From a virus (Duplodnaviria; Caudoviricetes), in IMG/VR virus record IMGVR_UViG_3300021442_000250, positions 24,031 to 88,030 of that record: a DNA stretch of 64,000 nt. One strand, given 5' to 3'. Below, one piece after another: positions 31,885 through 40,959 of the stretch. Positions within the stretch are counted from its first letter, which is position 1; each line of letters opens with the position of its first letter. A program made the position numbers and the translations under genes. A model generated the notes under the pieces. The model was given only the letters and a program-made list of their open reading frames with translations, ran no database searches and was not told the DNA's origin.

Positions 31885-32315
31885 GTTATAAATTTAATCA
31901 TTTTAAAAACTGTTTCTAATTTTGTTTGATTAGTTTTATTTTGTAGTGTTTTTCTTAATCCTTGGTGCAAAGGTTTAGGCCATCTACCAAAAGTTACCCA
32001 AGAATAACCATCATGTTCTTGATTTAATTTAGGTATAAATTCATTTTTAACTAAACAGAGATATGTGTGATATAAGAAATTTTCATCATTACTGATAAAA
32101 GTTTCCATAGGAATTGTTTTAATAATTTTTTGATCGCCTATTTCTTCTTTAATTTCTCTTTTCAAACCTTCCCACGCATTAGAATCAGTAGTAGTTGTTC
32201 CACCAACTAAACCCCATACGTGATTTTGTTTACTTTGTGTTCTATGTAATAATAAAAAACGTTGGGTGTCTAAAGTATAGAAAAGTGCTCCGCAACCAAT
32301 TATTCTCTGGGTCAT
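31881..32315 (-). CDS. NUDIX hydrolase
   Basis: WGLVGG....AWEGLKREIKEEIG Nudix box; LNQEH. Confidence 0.85.
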   Translation of the reverse strand: MTQRIIGCGALFYTLDTQRFLLLHRTQSKQNHVWGLVGGTTTTDSNAWEGLKREIKEEIGDQKIIKTIPMETFISNDENFLYHTYLCLVKNEFIPKLNQEHDGYSWVTFGRWPKPLHQGLRKTLQNKTNQTKLETVFKMIKFIT

Positions 32316-32328
32316 GTAAATAATTATC

Positions 32329-33789
32329 TTAAAGAGAGATGTTCCAGGTTCCTTTACGATATTCGCCTTCGAAACTTAATAACCAATTTATACCATCCCA
32401 TTTATATTGAATACCTGTGTTGAGATTGGTAATATAGGTAGGTGAAAATGCTGTAGAATCGTCTAAATTATTAGCACTTGCATTAAAAATTATTGTCCAA
32501 TCTGTTCCATTCCATTCTATAATATCATTAGCTTGAGCTATCAAGTCTCCTGCACCACCTTTCCATGCATCTGGTCCGTCTGTATTTTCTGTATCGCCTA
32601 TAGGTCCTAATAACAATAATCTTTGACCTGCTACTTTTGTAGTTGATGGATTATAAGAAATAGGATCTATTACAAAATCTACTGTACCTCTTGCATCTGC
32701 ATAGCCTTGAATAACGGAATCAGTAGGAATAGAATCCGTGTCCCAATTTATAATTAATTGATTTTCATTTAAAGTGTTTACTGCAAACGTTCCAGTAATT
32801 CTTGTACTAACATCTTTTCTATTCAGATATATTGTACTAATTCCTGCTTGGTAACTACCTGGTAATCTTTCTAATAAAGAATTCCAATTCACATTTCCAA
32901 CAACACCTTTTTGTATTATTTGTGCAATATTATTCATTACAAGTATATCATATTGAATACCTGTAGTTCCTACAACACTATCAACATCTGCTTTGAAAGT
33001 TTCACTAGTATCAATTGTTCCATCTGCTGTTTTAACAATGTCTGCTTTAATACTTTTAGAATAATCGTCTTGATATGCTTGTAATTCAGGCATAGACTGA
33101 CTAAGGTCAATGTTACCTGTTTTTTCATTATATATACTAGTAATAATTTGTGTTACTACTCCTAATTTTTTAACCTTAGTTGGAGGACTTATCCAAATAG
33201 GCGTTGTAAATCCTAAAGTAGCTACATCTATTTCACTCTCTGTTCCAGTTGGAATTGTTCTTCCACTAAAAATAACACTTGTTAAATCTACTACACTTAA
33301 ACTAGTCCAATCAACATAATTGTCTGTAGTTTGTATTTCTAAACTTGGATTGAACAACATCATAACTTGTTCTAAAATTTGTAATTTTTGTTCTGTGTTT
33401 GTAGACCATATATCACAACTTACTCCTAATGTATAAGGTGTAGGCATTAAACGTTCTACTGTATAATTTTGTCCTTGTGTATTTAGGTATTCTTTTCCTG
33501 CTTCATCATATTGTCTTTCTCTTACATGAATTTTACTAATATAAGTAGCATCTGCTAATCTATCTCTAGCCATTTCTAAATTAGTAATGTATATTGCCAT
33601 TCTTGGAGCTGATGGAATTTTATTTTCTGAATTATCTCTAATAATATGAGCAACTTGTCTAGTCATATCACCGTACATAACAGGTATTTGTCTTAAAACA
33701 CCATCGCCATCTTTATAGCTAAAATTACTCATTAGTCTAATAATTTGAGTTATGTATCGTCTAATTTGTCCGTCGTAAAAAAATTGCAT
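32329..33789 (-). CDS. Tail sheath stabiliser/terminator, T4 gp15-like
   Basis: FFYDGQIRRY, IPVMYG, PRM, MPTPY, QILEQV...FNP; next to neck genes. Confidence 0.7.
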   Translation of the reverse strand: MQFFYDGQIRRYITQIIRLMSNFSYKDGDGVLRQIPVMYGDMTRQVAHIIRDNSENKIPSAPRMAIYITNLEMARDRLADATYISKIHVRERQYDEAGKEYLNTQGQNYTVERLMPTPYTLGVSCDIWSTNTEQKLQILEQVMMLFNPSLEIQTTDNYVDWTSLSVVDLTSVIFSGRTIPTGTESEIDVATLGFTTPIWISPPTKVKKLGVVTQIITSIYNEKTGNIDLSQSMPELQAYQDDYSKSIKADIVKTADGTIDTSETFKADVDSVVGTTGIQYDILVMNNIAQIIQKGVVGNVNWNSLLERLPGSYQAGISTIYLNRKDVSTRITGTFAVNTLNENQLIINWDTDSIPTDSVIQGYADARGTVDFVIDPISYNPSTTKVAGQRLLLLGPIGDTENTDGPDAWKGGAGDLIAQANDIIEWNGTDWTIIFNASANNLDDSTAFSPTYITNLNTGIQYKWDGINWLLSFEGEYRKGTWNISL

Positions 33790-33947
33790 TATTTCTTCTC
33801 TGTTTTTTCTAGTTTAGATGGATAATTTTTTTTCACTGGCTCATAAAAAGTTCTAACTTTACCCATCCAATTTCGAGTAACTTTTTTAAGTCCTACTGCT
33901 TTTTCTGTACCAGGTATAGGTATTCCAAAAAATTCTTTAATTCTCAT
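33789..33947 (-). CDS. Small basic 52-aa protein (MRIKEFFGIPIPG...EKTEKK), not in ORF track
   Basis: Translated by hand; fills the gap exactly with TAATG stop/start overlaps at both ends. Confidence 0.75.
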   Translation of the reverse strand: MRIKEFFGIPIPGTEKAVGLKKVTRNWMGKVRTFYEPVKKNYPSKLEKTEKK

Positions 33948-35104
33948 TAACCATCCGCCTTAGGTTTAAGTGCTTTAGATAAACTTTGTCTTTCAGTTAC
34001 ATCTTTTCCACCTATTGTATTAGTTGCTGTATTATTAACAAAACCAGTTTTCATAGTATTTCTTGTATCTGTATTTGTTAATGTCATACGTAATGAATCT
34101 TCCATTTTAACCCATCTAGCACCATCAAATCTAAATAATCTATTTGGTAAAAAGTCTGTTCTTAAATAATAGTCACCATTAATAGATCCTAATGGGAAAG
34201 TAATTCCATGACCAAACACTTCTCCGTTAGGTGCAAGTCCATCACCTATTAAGTATCCATCATATCCTTCTCTTTCAGGTGTTTGTTGTACTCTATCTGC
34301 TAATTCATTTTGTGTACTAGCATCTAGTGTATTTGTATCTGTTGTAACAAGTTCTGTTCTTCCTTGTTTATCTACTTGTAATGTATATAAATGGCTAGTT
34401 TCGTATCCGCTTTTTTTAGTATCTGCTTCTGCTTGAGCAACAACGGCAGTATTAATTTGCATTTCTGCTTCATAAGTGGATAATACATCTCTTAATGTTT
34501 GACTAGATCCTTCTTCTGCAGGTAAATCTAGTATACCTTTAAATTCTTGACTGTCTACTATTTGTTTTAATTTTACTCTATATAAATGAGGATACCACGA
34601 TACACTAAATCCTTCTGCCGCCCTACTTATATCTTCTACTACATAGTATCTTTTTAACGCTAAATTAAAATCATTAAGAGCGTGTTCATCTTTAAGATGT
34701 GGTAATTCGAATACATCTCCTGGCATGACTTTTCTACCTAAAGTTTCTACAGATGTAGATATAGGAATAGTCATAAACAACGTATCATTTTGTAAAAATA
34801 ATCCAAATTGACTCATATCAAAGTCAATATCTTGTACGTTGTAAATGCCTCTTAATTGATAAATGCTAGAATCATATTTTCTATCCCTATTTTCAAGGAA
34901 TAACATATCTTGAATATTTGTTTCTTTAACAGCATCATACCTTGGTTGGCTAGATGTTGCGTCTGCTTCTTCAGGATTCTTAGGACCAAGGTATTTGTGT
35001 ACAAATACGTCAGTACCTCCCACGGTAAACATCTCATTAACCGTCCTATCTAGAAACGCATAGTCATGACCCTTCTCTGGTTTATATAGACTTATTCTTG
35101 GCAT
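33947..35104 (-). CDS. Neck/head-closure protein, T4 gp14-like
   Basis: IQDMLFLENRDRKYD, SQFGLFLQND, GDVFELPHL; divergent from gp13-like gene and upstream of gp15-like gene. Confidence 0.6.
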   Translation of the reverse strand: MPRISLYKPEKGHDYAFLDRTVNEMFTVGGTDVFVHKYLGPKNPEEADATSSQPRYDAVKETNIQDMLFLENRDRKYDSSIYQLRGIYNVQDIDFDMSQFGLFLQNDTLFMTIPISTSVETLGRKVMPGDVFELPHLKDEHALNDFNLALKRYYVVEDISRAAEGFSVSWYPHLYRVKLKQIVDSQEFKGILDLPAEEGSSQTLRDVLSTYEAEMQINTAVVAQAEADTKKSGYETSHLYTLQVDKQGRTELVTTDTNTLDASTQNELADRVQQTPEREGYDGYLIGDGLAPNGEVFGHGITFPLGSINGDYYLRTDFLPNRLFRFDGARWVKMEDSLRMTLTNTDTRNTMKTGFVNNTATNTIGGKDVTERQSLSKALKPKADG

Positions 35105-35110
35105 ATGTTA

Positions 35111-35141
35111 TATTTATTCATAGGCAGGTACTTGATAAATA
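35111..35141. promoter_or_regulatory. Back-to-back late promoters for gp14-like (-) and gp13-like (+) genes
   Basis: AATAAATA on minus strand (35118-35111) and GATAAATA on plus strand (35134-35141). Confidence 0.7.
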
Positions 35142-35159
35142 TCTATAGAGAAGTATTAT

Positions 35160-35918
35160 ATGGCAGATTTAGCTACACAAAAACAGGAAATCTTTGACTA
35201 CGTATACAATATGCTAGGTGGTGGCATGGTAGAAGTAGAGCTAGATCCACCACATTATGAAACAGCTTTACAAGATTCTCTTGATAGATTTAGACAAAGA
35301 TCCGACAATTCAGTAGAAGAAAGCTATATGTTTCTCCCTACTGTAATAGACCAAAACGCATATACTTTAGGGCAAGAAGTAATAGAAGTTAAAAAGATAT
35401 ACAGACGATCAATTGGTTCTAGAACAGGCGGTGGAGACGGTGGTACATTATTTGAACCATTTAATTTAGCATATACAAATACCTACTTACTAGCAAGTAC
35501 AAATATGGGTGGGTTATCAACTTATAACTTGTTTACACAATATCAAGAACTTGTAGGAAGAATGTTTGGTAGCTTTATTGAATTTAAATGGAATACTACT
35601 ACTAAAGAATTAACATTACTACAAAGACCTAGAGCAGAAGAAGAAATTCTATTATATTGCTACAATTATAGACCAGCTACAGAATTATTAAGAGATTATC
35701 TTGCTAAAGAATGGCTTAAAAGATATACTCTAGCATTATGCAAAATGGCGCTAGGACAAGCAAGATCTAAATTTACCACAATTGCAGGCCCACAAGGTGG
35801 AGCCGCTTTAAATGGTACGGCACTAATCGCAGAAGGACAATCCGAAATAGAAAAACTTGACGAAGAACTTAAATTACAAGTTGCTGGCGGTCAAGGATAT
35901 CACTTCACAATTGGTTAA
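35160..35918 (+). CDS. Neck protein, T4 gp13-like
   Basis: LGGGMVEVEL, WLKRYTLALCK..LG..RSKF, GG..LNG. Confidence 0.8.
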   Translation: MADLATQKQEIFDYVYNMLGGGMVEVELDPPHYETALQDSLDRFRQRSDNSVEESYMFLPTVIDQNAYTLGQEVIEVKKIYRRSIGSRTGGGDGGTLFEPFNLAYTNTYLLASTNMGGLSTYNLFTQYQELVGRMFGSFIEFKWNTTTKELTLLQRPRAEEEILLYCYNYRPATELLRDYLAKEWLKRYTLALCKMALGQARSKFTTIAGPQGGAALNGTALIAEGQSEIEKLDEELKLQVAGGQGYHFTIG

Positions 35919-35927
35919 TAAAAACAT

Positions 35928-35956
35928 TTGACATTAGTACTATTATCCGTTATAGT
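35928..35956 (+). promoter_or_regulatory. Sigma70-type promoter for dNMP kinase
   Basis: TTGACA-17 bp-TATAGT; ATG follows 6 nt after the -10 box. Confidence 0.8.
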
Positions 35957-35962
35957 ATTAAA

Positions 35963-36556
35963 ATGATCATCGGTATTTGTGGATTAATGGGTAGTGGTAA
36001 AGATACAATAGCTAACCATCTTATTCAAAAACATCAATTTAAAAAAATTTCATTCGCAGATAAATTAAAAGAATCTGTTGCTACAATGTTTGATTGGGAT
36101 AGAACTATGCTTGACGGTCAAACAGATGAAAGTAGACAATGGCGAGAAAAACCAGATGAATATTGGTCTAAAGAAGTAGGTCAATCTATTACTCCAAGAT
36201 TTGTATTACAAAAATTTGGTACAGAATGTATGCGTGATAATTTTTATGACGGTATATGGGTTAGTATGACTAAAAAGAAAATTTTAGATAATCCTAATAC
36301 TAACTGGGTTGTTCCTGATGTTAGATTTGAAAATGAAGTTAAAATGATTAAAAGTATTAGTGGTCAAGTATGGTGGGTAAAAAGAGGTGAATTACCTACA
36401 TGGTTTAGAGTTTATCAAGACATAGGTGTTGAACCTAAAGACGTACATCCTAGTGAATGGTCTTGGGCAAAAGCTAATTTTGATAAAATTTTAGACAATG
36501 ATTCTACTGTAGATAATCTTAGAAATCAGGTACAAGATCACCTTGTTTCCATTTAA
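35963..36556 (+). CDS. Deoxynucleoside monophosphate kinase (T4 gp1-like)
   Basis: IIGICGLMGSGKDT P-loop, SFADKLK, TPRFVLQKFGTE, DVRFENE, HPSE. Confidence 0.9.
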   Translation: MIIGICGLMGSGKDTIANHLIQKHQFKKISFADKLKESVATMFDWDRTMLDGQTDESRQWREKPDEYWSKEVGQSITPRFVLQKFGTECMRDNFYDGIWVSMTKKKILDNPNTNWVVPDVRFENEVKMIKSISGQVWWVKRGELPTWFRVYQDIGVEPKDVHPSEWSWAKANFDKILDNDSTVDNLRNQVQDHLVSI

Positions 36557-36860
36557 ATCCATGTTTGTGTAAAGTTCTTTGACAGTTAGCACATACCGTT
36601 TTAAGGTTTTTAAAATTACAATTAGTTAAATGTCCGTCTATATGATAGACGTTAAACTGCTCTGATAGATCACTTTTATATCCACATTTATCGCATTTTG
36701 CTTTCATACGATATCCTGCATTAAACCATTTAGGCATTCCATGACTTGTTCCGCCATACCTAATACAAGCCTCACATTTTTTTCTATAAAACGTTATATC
36801 CTTTTTATGATAGTTAATTGCACAAGGATTCTTACGACAATGGTTACATAAAGGTCTCAT
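36519..36860 (-). CDS. Zn-finger/HNH-like protein
   Basis: Four CxxC pairs; VYHIDGHLTN...NLKTVCANC. Confidence 0.7.
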   Translation of the reverse strand: MRPLCNHCRKNPCAINYHKKDITFYRKKCEACIRYGGTSHGMPKWFNAGYRMKAKCDKCGYKSDLSEQFNVYHIDGHLTNCNFKNLKTVCANCQRTLHKHGFKWKQGDLVPDF

Positions 36861-36930
36861 ATAACGTATTTACCTGCCCTTTTCAGACCCTTTTGTAGAC
36901 TTAATTATAGCTTACATTTCTTTGATATAG

Positions 36931-36938
36931 TATAAATA
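36931..36938 (+). promoter_or_regulatory. T4-type late promoter TATAAATA for tail sheath
   Basis: Exact T4 gp55 consensus upstream of AGGAG and ATG 36975. Confidence 0.8.
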
Positions 36939-36974
36939 ACGTTAACAAAGGAATTATAAGCAGGAGATTATAAA

Positions 36975-39900
36975 ATGGCATTAGTTTCACCAGGAGTACA
37001 AGTAAGCGTAATAGACGAAAGTTTCTATACACCGGCCGAACCAGGCACGGTGCCAATGATATTTGTGGCAACAGCACAAGATAAAACATCAAGTTCAGGT
37101 ACAGGTACAGCACAAGGTACATTAGCCGCAAACAGTGGTACAGTTTATCTTATGACATCACAAAGAGAATTAGCTGAAACATTTGGTGATCCAATTTTCA
37201 AAAAAGATGCAAATAATAATCCTATACACGCAGGTGAACTTAACGAATACGGTTTACAAGCGGCTTACTCATACTTAGGTGTAGCCAATAGAGCATATGT
37301 AACAAGAGCGGCAATTAATACAGCTGAACTAGAAGCAAGTGCTACAACGGCAACTGCAAATCCTGAATCAGGAACTTACTGGATGGATACTGCAACTACA
37401 AAATATGGTATATTTACTTGGAATAGTAATGCATCATCTACTACAGGTGGTCAAACATTTACAAACATTATTCCAACAGTATTAACTGATACTACACATC
37501 TTTCAGGTGGAGCAGGTTCAATTCCTAAAACTTCATTTGGTGCACAAGGTGATTATGTAGTTAATGCTACAACTACGTACAATGATTTTTACTTCAAAGA
37601 CTATGATAATTCTTGGGTTAATATAGGATCAGCGGCTTGGAAAAAAGCCAATGCTACAGTAACAAGTACAATAGCAAATCCAACAGTTACAAATAGTAAA
37701 ACAATGCTTATTAACAATACTCCAGTAACATCAGGTGGTACAGATGTTGCGGCAGTTGTTACGGCAATTACTGGTAATGTTACAGGAATTACTGCTAGAG
37801 CAGTAGCAGGTAAATTAGAAATTTACAGTGACGGAACAGATGGTTCTTATGCAGATACAGTTGTTATAGCAAACGGTGGTGGTACTCCAGGATTAGAAAT
37901 AGAATTAGGAATTACAGCAAGTACTTACAATATGCCTCAATATAAAGATCAAGCTCATACTAGTGTTCCAGATTTCAAAAATCCAGCAGGTGGAAATGGT
38001 GCTTCAACAGGAAGACCAACAGGTTCTATTTGGCTTAAAACAACAACTCCTAATTTAGGAGCTGATGCAGAAATTAAAAAATTTAATGGTACTACTAAAT
38101 TATGGGAAGATATAACAGCAACTTTACATTCAAGTGGTAACAATGCTATCTACAATTTAGATAGATCTGGTGGCGGAAATAGTCTTGCTGTTGGTACAAT
38201 ATATTTAAATCATAATAATGGTACAACAGAATCAGACCTAAGACCATACAGAAGAGCAAATTCAGGTAACACATCAATTACTTCAAGTGTAATTGCAACG
38301 CAAGTAACAGGCGGTACATACGCATTTAATATTGCTGAATCAATAGTTGGTCAAGATGCAATGTCATCTGCGTCTACTATTTCAGTAACAACTACAGCGG
38401 CTACAACAGATGCTGATATTATTGCGGCAGGAATTAATGGTGCAGGAATGGTTAACGTTAGTGCAACTGTTGACAGTTTAAACAGAGTTGTAATTTCACA
38501 CAATGACGGTGGTGAAATGCATATTACTGATACTGGCGGAGTGTTAGCACTTGCTGGTTTCTCAAGCACAACAACTAATATGGAATATGAGCCAGGTACA
38601 GATGCGGCAACAAATCCTAAACAATGGAGAGCTTCTAACTGGAAAGTATTAACATATACAGCTTCAGCAACGGCTCCTACAGCACTTGCGGCAGATGGTC
38701 AACTTTGGTATTCTTCAATAATTGATTCCGTTGATATAATGGAACACACTGGTTCTAAATGGGATGGATATTTAACTGTAAATGCAGGAACAGATCCAGC
38801 AGGACCACAAGTAAAAGCTACAGCACCTACTACACAATCAGATGACACAGTACTTGTAGCAGGAGATATTTGGATTGATTCATCAGACTTAGAAAATTAT
38901 CCTAAAATTAATAAATGGAATACAACTTCTCTTAAATGGGTTGCAGTAGATAACAGCGATCAAACAACAGAAGATGGAGTAGTATTTGCAGATGCTAGAA
39001 GTTCAACTGCAGGTGCAGATACAACAGATGCTACAATTGTTGCTTTATTAACAAGTGATTATGTAGATACTGATGCTCCAGATCCAGCATTATATCCAAA
39101 AGGAACATTACTAGTCAACTTACGTAGAAGTGGATTTAATGTTAAGAGATTTGCAAGAAATTATGTAGATACTACAGCTAGTAACGTTAGAATGGCTAAC
39201 GCATCAATGAGTGGTTACTATGCTCACAGATGGGTTACAGAATCAGCTAATAATTCAGATGGTTCTGGTGCATTTGGACGACACTCACAAAGAAAAGTTG
39301 TTGTACAATCACTTCAAGCAATGGTTAATAGCAACCAAGATATTAGAGATGATGAATCTAGAATATTCAATTTAGTTGCGGCTCCAGGTTATCCAGAATT
39401 AATTGGAGAACTAGTTAGCTTGAATACTGACAGAGGATTATCAGCATTTATAGTTGGTGATGCTCCATTTAGATTATCTTCAGATTCAACATCATTAAGT
39501 AATTGGGCAACAAACATTAACTCAGCAACTGAAGACAACGACAAAGGTCTTGTAACTTCAAATGATTATCTTGGAGTATTTTATCCATCAGGATTTACAA
39601 GCGATAACTTCGGTAAAAATGTAACTGTTCCAGCAAGTCACATGATGCTTAGAACGATTGCTTTAAGCGATCAAGTTTCTTTCCCATGGTTTGCTCCAGC
39701 AGGAACTAGAAGAGGTACTATTACAAATGCTACTTCAACTGGTTATATTAATAGCGAAGGTGAATTTACTTCATCAGCATTAAATGAAGGTCAAAGAGAT
39801 ACATTATATTCTAATAATGTTAATCCAATTACTTTCATAACAGGTGCAGGTTTAGTTAACTATGGACAAAAAACTAGATCAGGTGCAACATCATCTTTAG

Positions 39901-40217
39901 ACAGAATTAATGTTTCAAGATTAGTAATTTACATTAGAAGTCAATTAAACAAATTGGCTAGACCTTTTGTGTTTGAACCTAATGATAAAATTACAAGAGA
40001 CGAAATTAAAGCTCAAGCAGACAGCCTATTACTTGAATTAGTAGGTAACAGAGCATTATACGACTTCTTAGTAGTGTGTGATGAATCAAATAACACACCT
40101 GCAAGAATAGACAGAAACGAACTTTATTTAGACATAGCAATAGAGCCAGTTAAAGCAGTGGAATTTATATACATTCCATTAAGACTTAAAAATACTGGTG
40201 AAATAGCAGGTTTATAA
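36975..40217 (+). CDS. Contractile tail sheath protein (gp18-like), 1080 aa
   Basis: MALVSPGVQV, PWFAPAGTRRG, RDTLYSNNVNPI, GQKT, DRINVSRL, FEPND, CDESNNTP, PVKAVEFI. Confidence 0.95.
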   Translation: MALVSPGVQVSVIDESFYTPAEPGTVPMIFVATAQDKTSSSGTGTAQGTLAANSGTVYLMTSQRELAETFGDPIFKKDANNNPIHAGELNEYGLQAAYSYLGVANRAYVTRAAINTAELEASATTATANPESGTYWMDTATTKYGIFTWNSNASSTTGGQTFTNIIPTVLTDTTHLSGGAGSIPKTSFGAQGDYVVNATTTYNDFYFKDYDNSWVNIGSAAWKKANATVTSTIANPTVTNSKTMLINNTPVTSGGTDVAAVVTAITGNVTGITARAVAGKLEIYSDGTDGSYADTVVIANGGGTPGLEIELGITASTYNMPQYKDQAHTSVPDFKNPAGGNGASTGRPTGSIWLKTTTPNLGADAEIKKFNGTTKLWEDITATLHSSGNNAIYNLDRSGGGNSLAVGTIYLNHNNGTTESDLRPYRRANSGNTSITSSVIATQVTGGTYAFNIAESIVGQDAMSSASTISVTTTAATTDADIIAAGINGAGMVNVSATVDSLNRVVISHNDGGEMHITDTGGVLALAGFSSTTTNMEYEPGTDAATNPKQWRASNWKVLTYTASATAPTALAADGQLWYSSIIDSVDIMEHTGSKWDGYLTVNAGTDPAGPQVKATAPTTQSDDTVLVAGDIWIDSSDLENYPKINKWNTTSLKWVAVDNSDQTTEDGVVFADARSSTAGADTTDATIVALLTSDYVDTDAPDPALYPKGTLLVNLRRSGFNVKRFARNYVDTTASNVRMANASMSGYYAHRWVTESANNSDGSGAFGRHSQRKVVVQSLQAMVNSNQDIRDDESRIFNLVAAPGYPELIGELVSLNTDRGLSAFIVGDAPFRLSSDSTSLSNWATNINSATEDNDKGLVTSNDYLGVFYPSGFTSDNFGKNVTVPASHMMLRTIALSDQVSFPWFAPAGTRRGTITNATSTGYINSEGEFTSSALNEGQRDTLYSNNVNPITFITGAGLVNYGQKTRSGATSSLDRINVSRLVIYIRSQLNKLARPFVFEPNDKITRDEIKAQADSLLLELVGNRALYDFLVVCDESNNTPARIDRNELYLDIAIEPVKAVEFIYIPLRLKNTGEIAGL

Positions 40218-40220
40218 TAA

Positions 40221-40228
40221 GATAAATA
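40221..40228 (+). promoter_or_regulatory. Late promoter GATAAATA for tail tube gene
   Basis: NNTAAATA motif followed by AGGAG and ATG 40244. Confidence 0.7.
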
Positions 40229-40243
40229 CTATAGGAGAAACAA

Positions 40244-40870
40244 ATGAGTATATCGACACTATCAAAGATCACAGTACCATTGAATTCTAGCCAATCAGCT
40301 AGTAATCAAGGTCTATTGATGCCTTAATTACAATATCGTTTTAGAGTATCATTAGAAAACTTTGGTGTATCAACTCCTACAACTGAACTAACAAAACAAG
40401 TTGTTGATGTTACAAGACCTAATTTAACTTTTGAAAACACAACAATAGATGTTTACAATTCTAAAGTATTTTTAGCAGGTAAACATACTTGGGAACCAAT
40501 TACTTTAACATTAAGAGAAGATGTTGCAAATAACGTTCAAAAATTAGTTGGAGAACAACTACAGAAACAATTTGATTTCTTTGAACAATCTGCGGCGGCT
40601 TCAGGTGCAGATTACAAATTTGTAACTAGAATAGAAGTAACTGATGGTGCAAATGGTGCCAATGTAGTTAATATTTTAGAAACATATGAATTATATGGTT
40701 GCTATGTTCAATCAGCAAACTATAATACTTTAGCATACAACTCTAGTGAACCAGTAACTGTTACGTTAGTAATGCATTATGATAATGCTATACAAACACC
40801 ACAAGGTACAGGAATAGGTACGTCAGTGGGCAGAACAGTTAATACTTTAATCACTGGTGGCGGTGCATAA
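40244..40870 (+). pseudogene. Tail tube protein (gp19-like) interrupted by in-frame TAA at 40325-40327 (real nonsense allele or consensus error)
   Basis: Hand translation MSISTLSKITVP...GLLMP*LQYRFRVSLENFG...VTRPNLTFE...YNSKVFLAGKHTWEPITLTLRED...ELYGC...YDNA; 209 codons, directly after the sheath gene. Confidence 0.85.
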
Positions 40871-40896
40871 TAACAAAATTTAAAATTCCACTAATA

Positions 40897-40924
40897 GAGG
40901 AGGCGCTATGGCGCCTTTTTTATT
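40897..40924 (+). terminator. Rho-independent terminator after tail tube
   Basis: AGGCGC-TATG-GCGCCT stem-loop followed by T-tract. Confidence 0.85.
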
Positions 40925-40959
40925 CTCTGCCCTGTTTTTCTACTCGATAAATACTGTAT

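Noticed and set aside
40325-40327. Alternative genetic code or selenocysteine recoding
   Set aside because: The stop is TAA, the dominant terminator here; TAG and TGA also end genes normally and coding density is high under code 11
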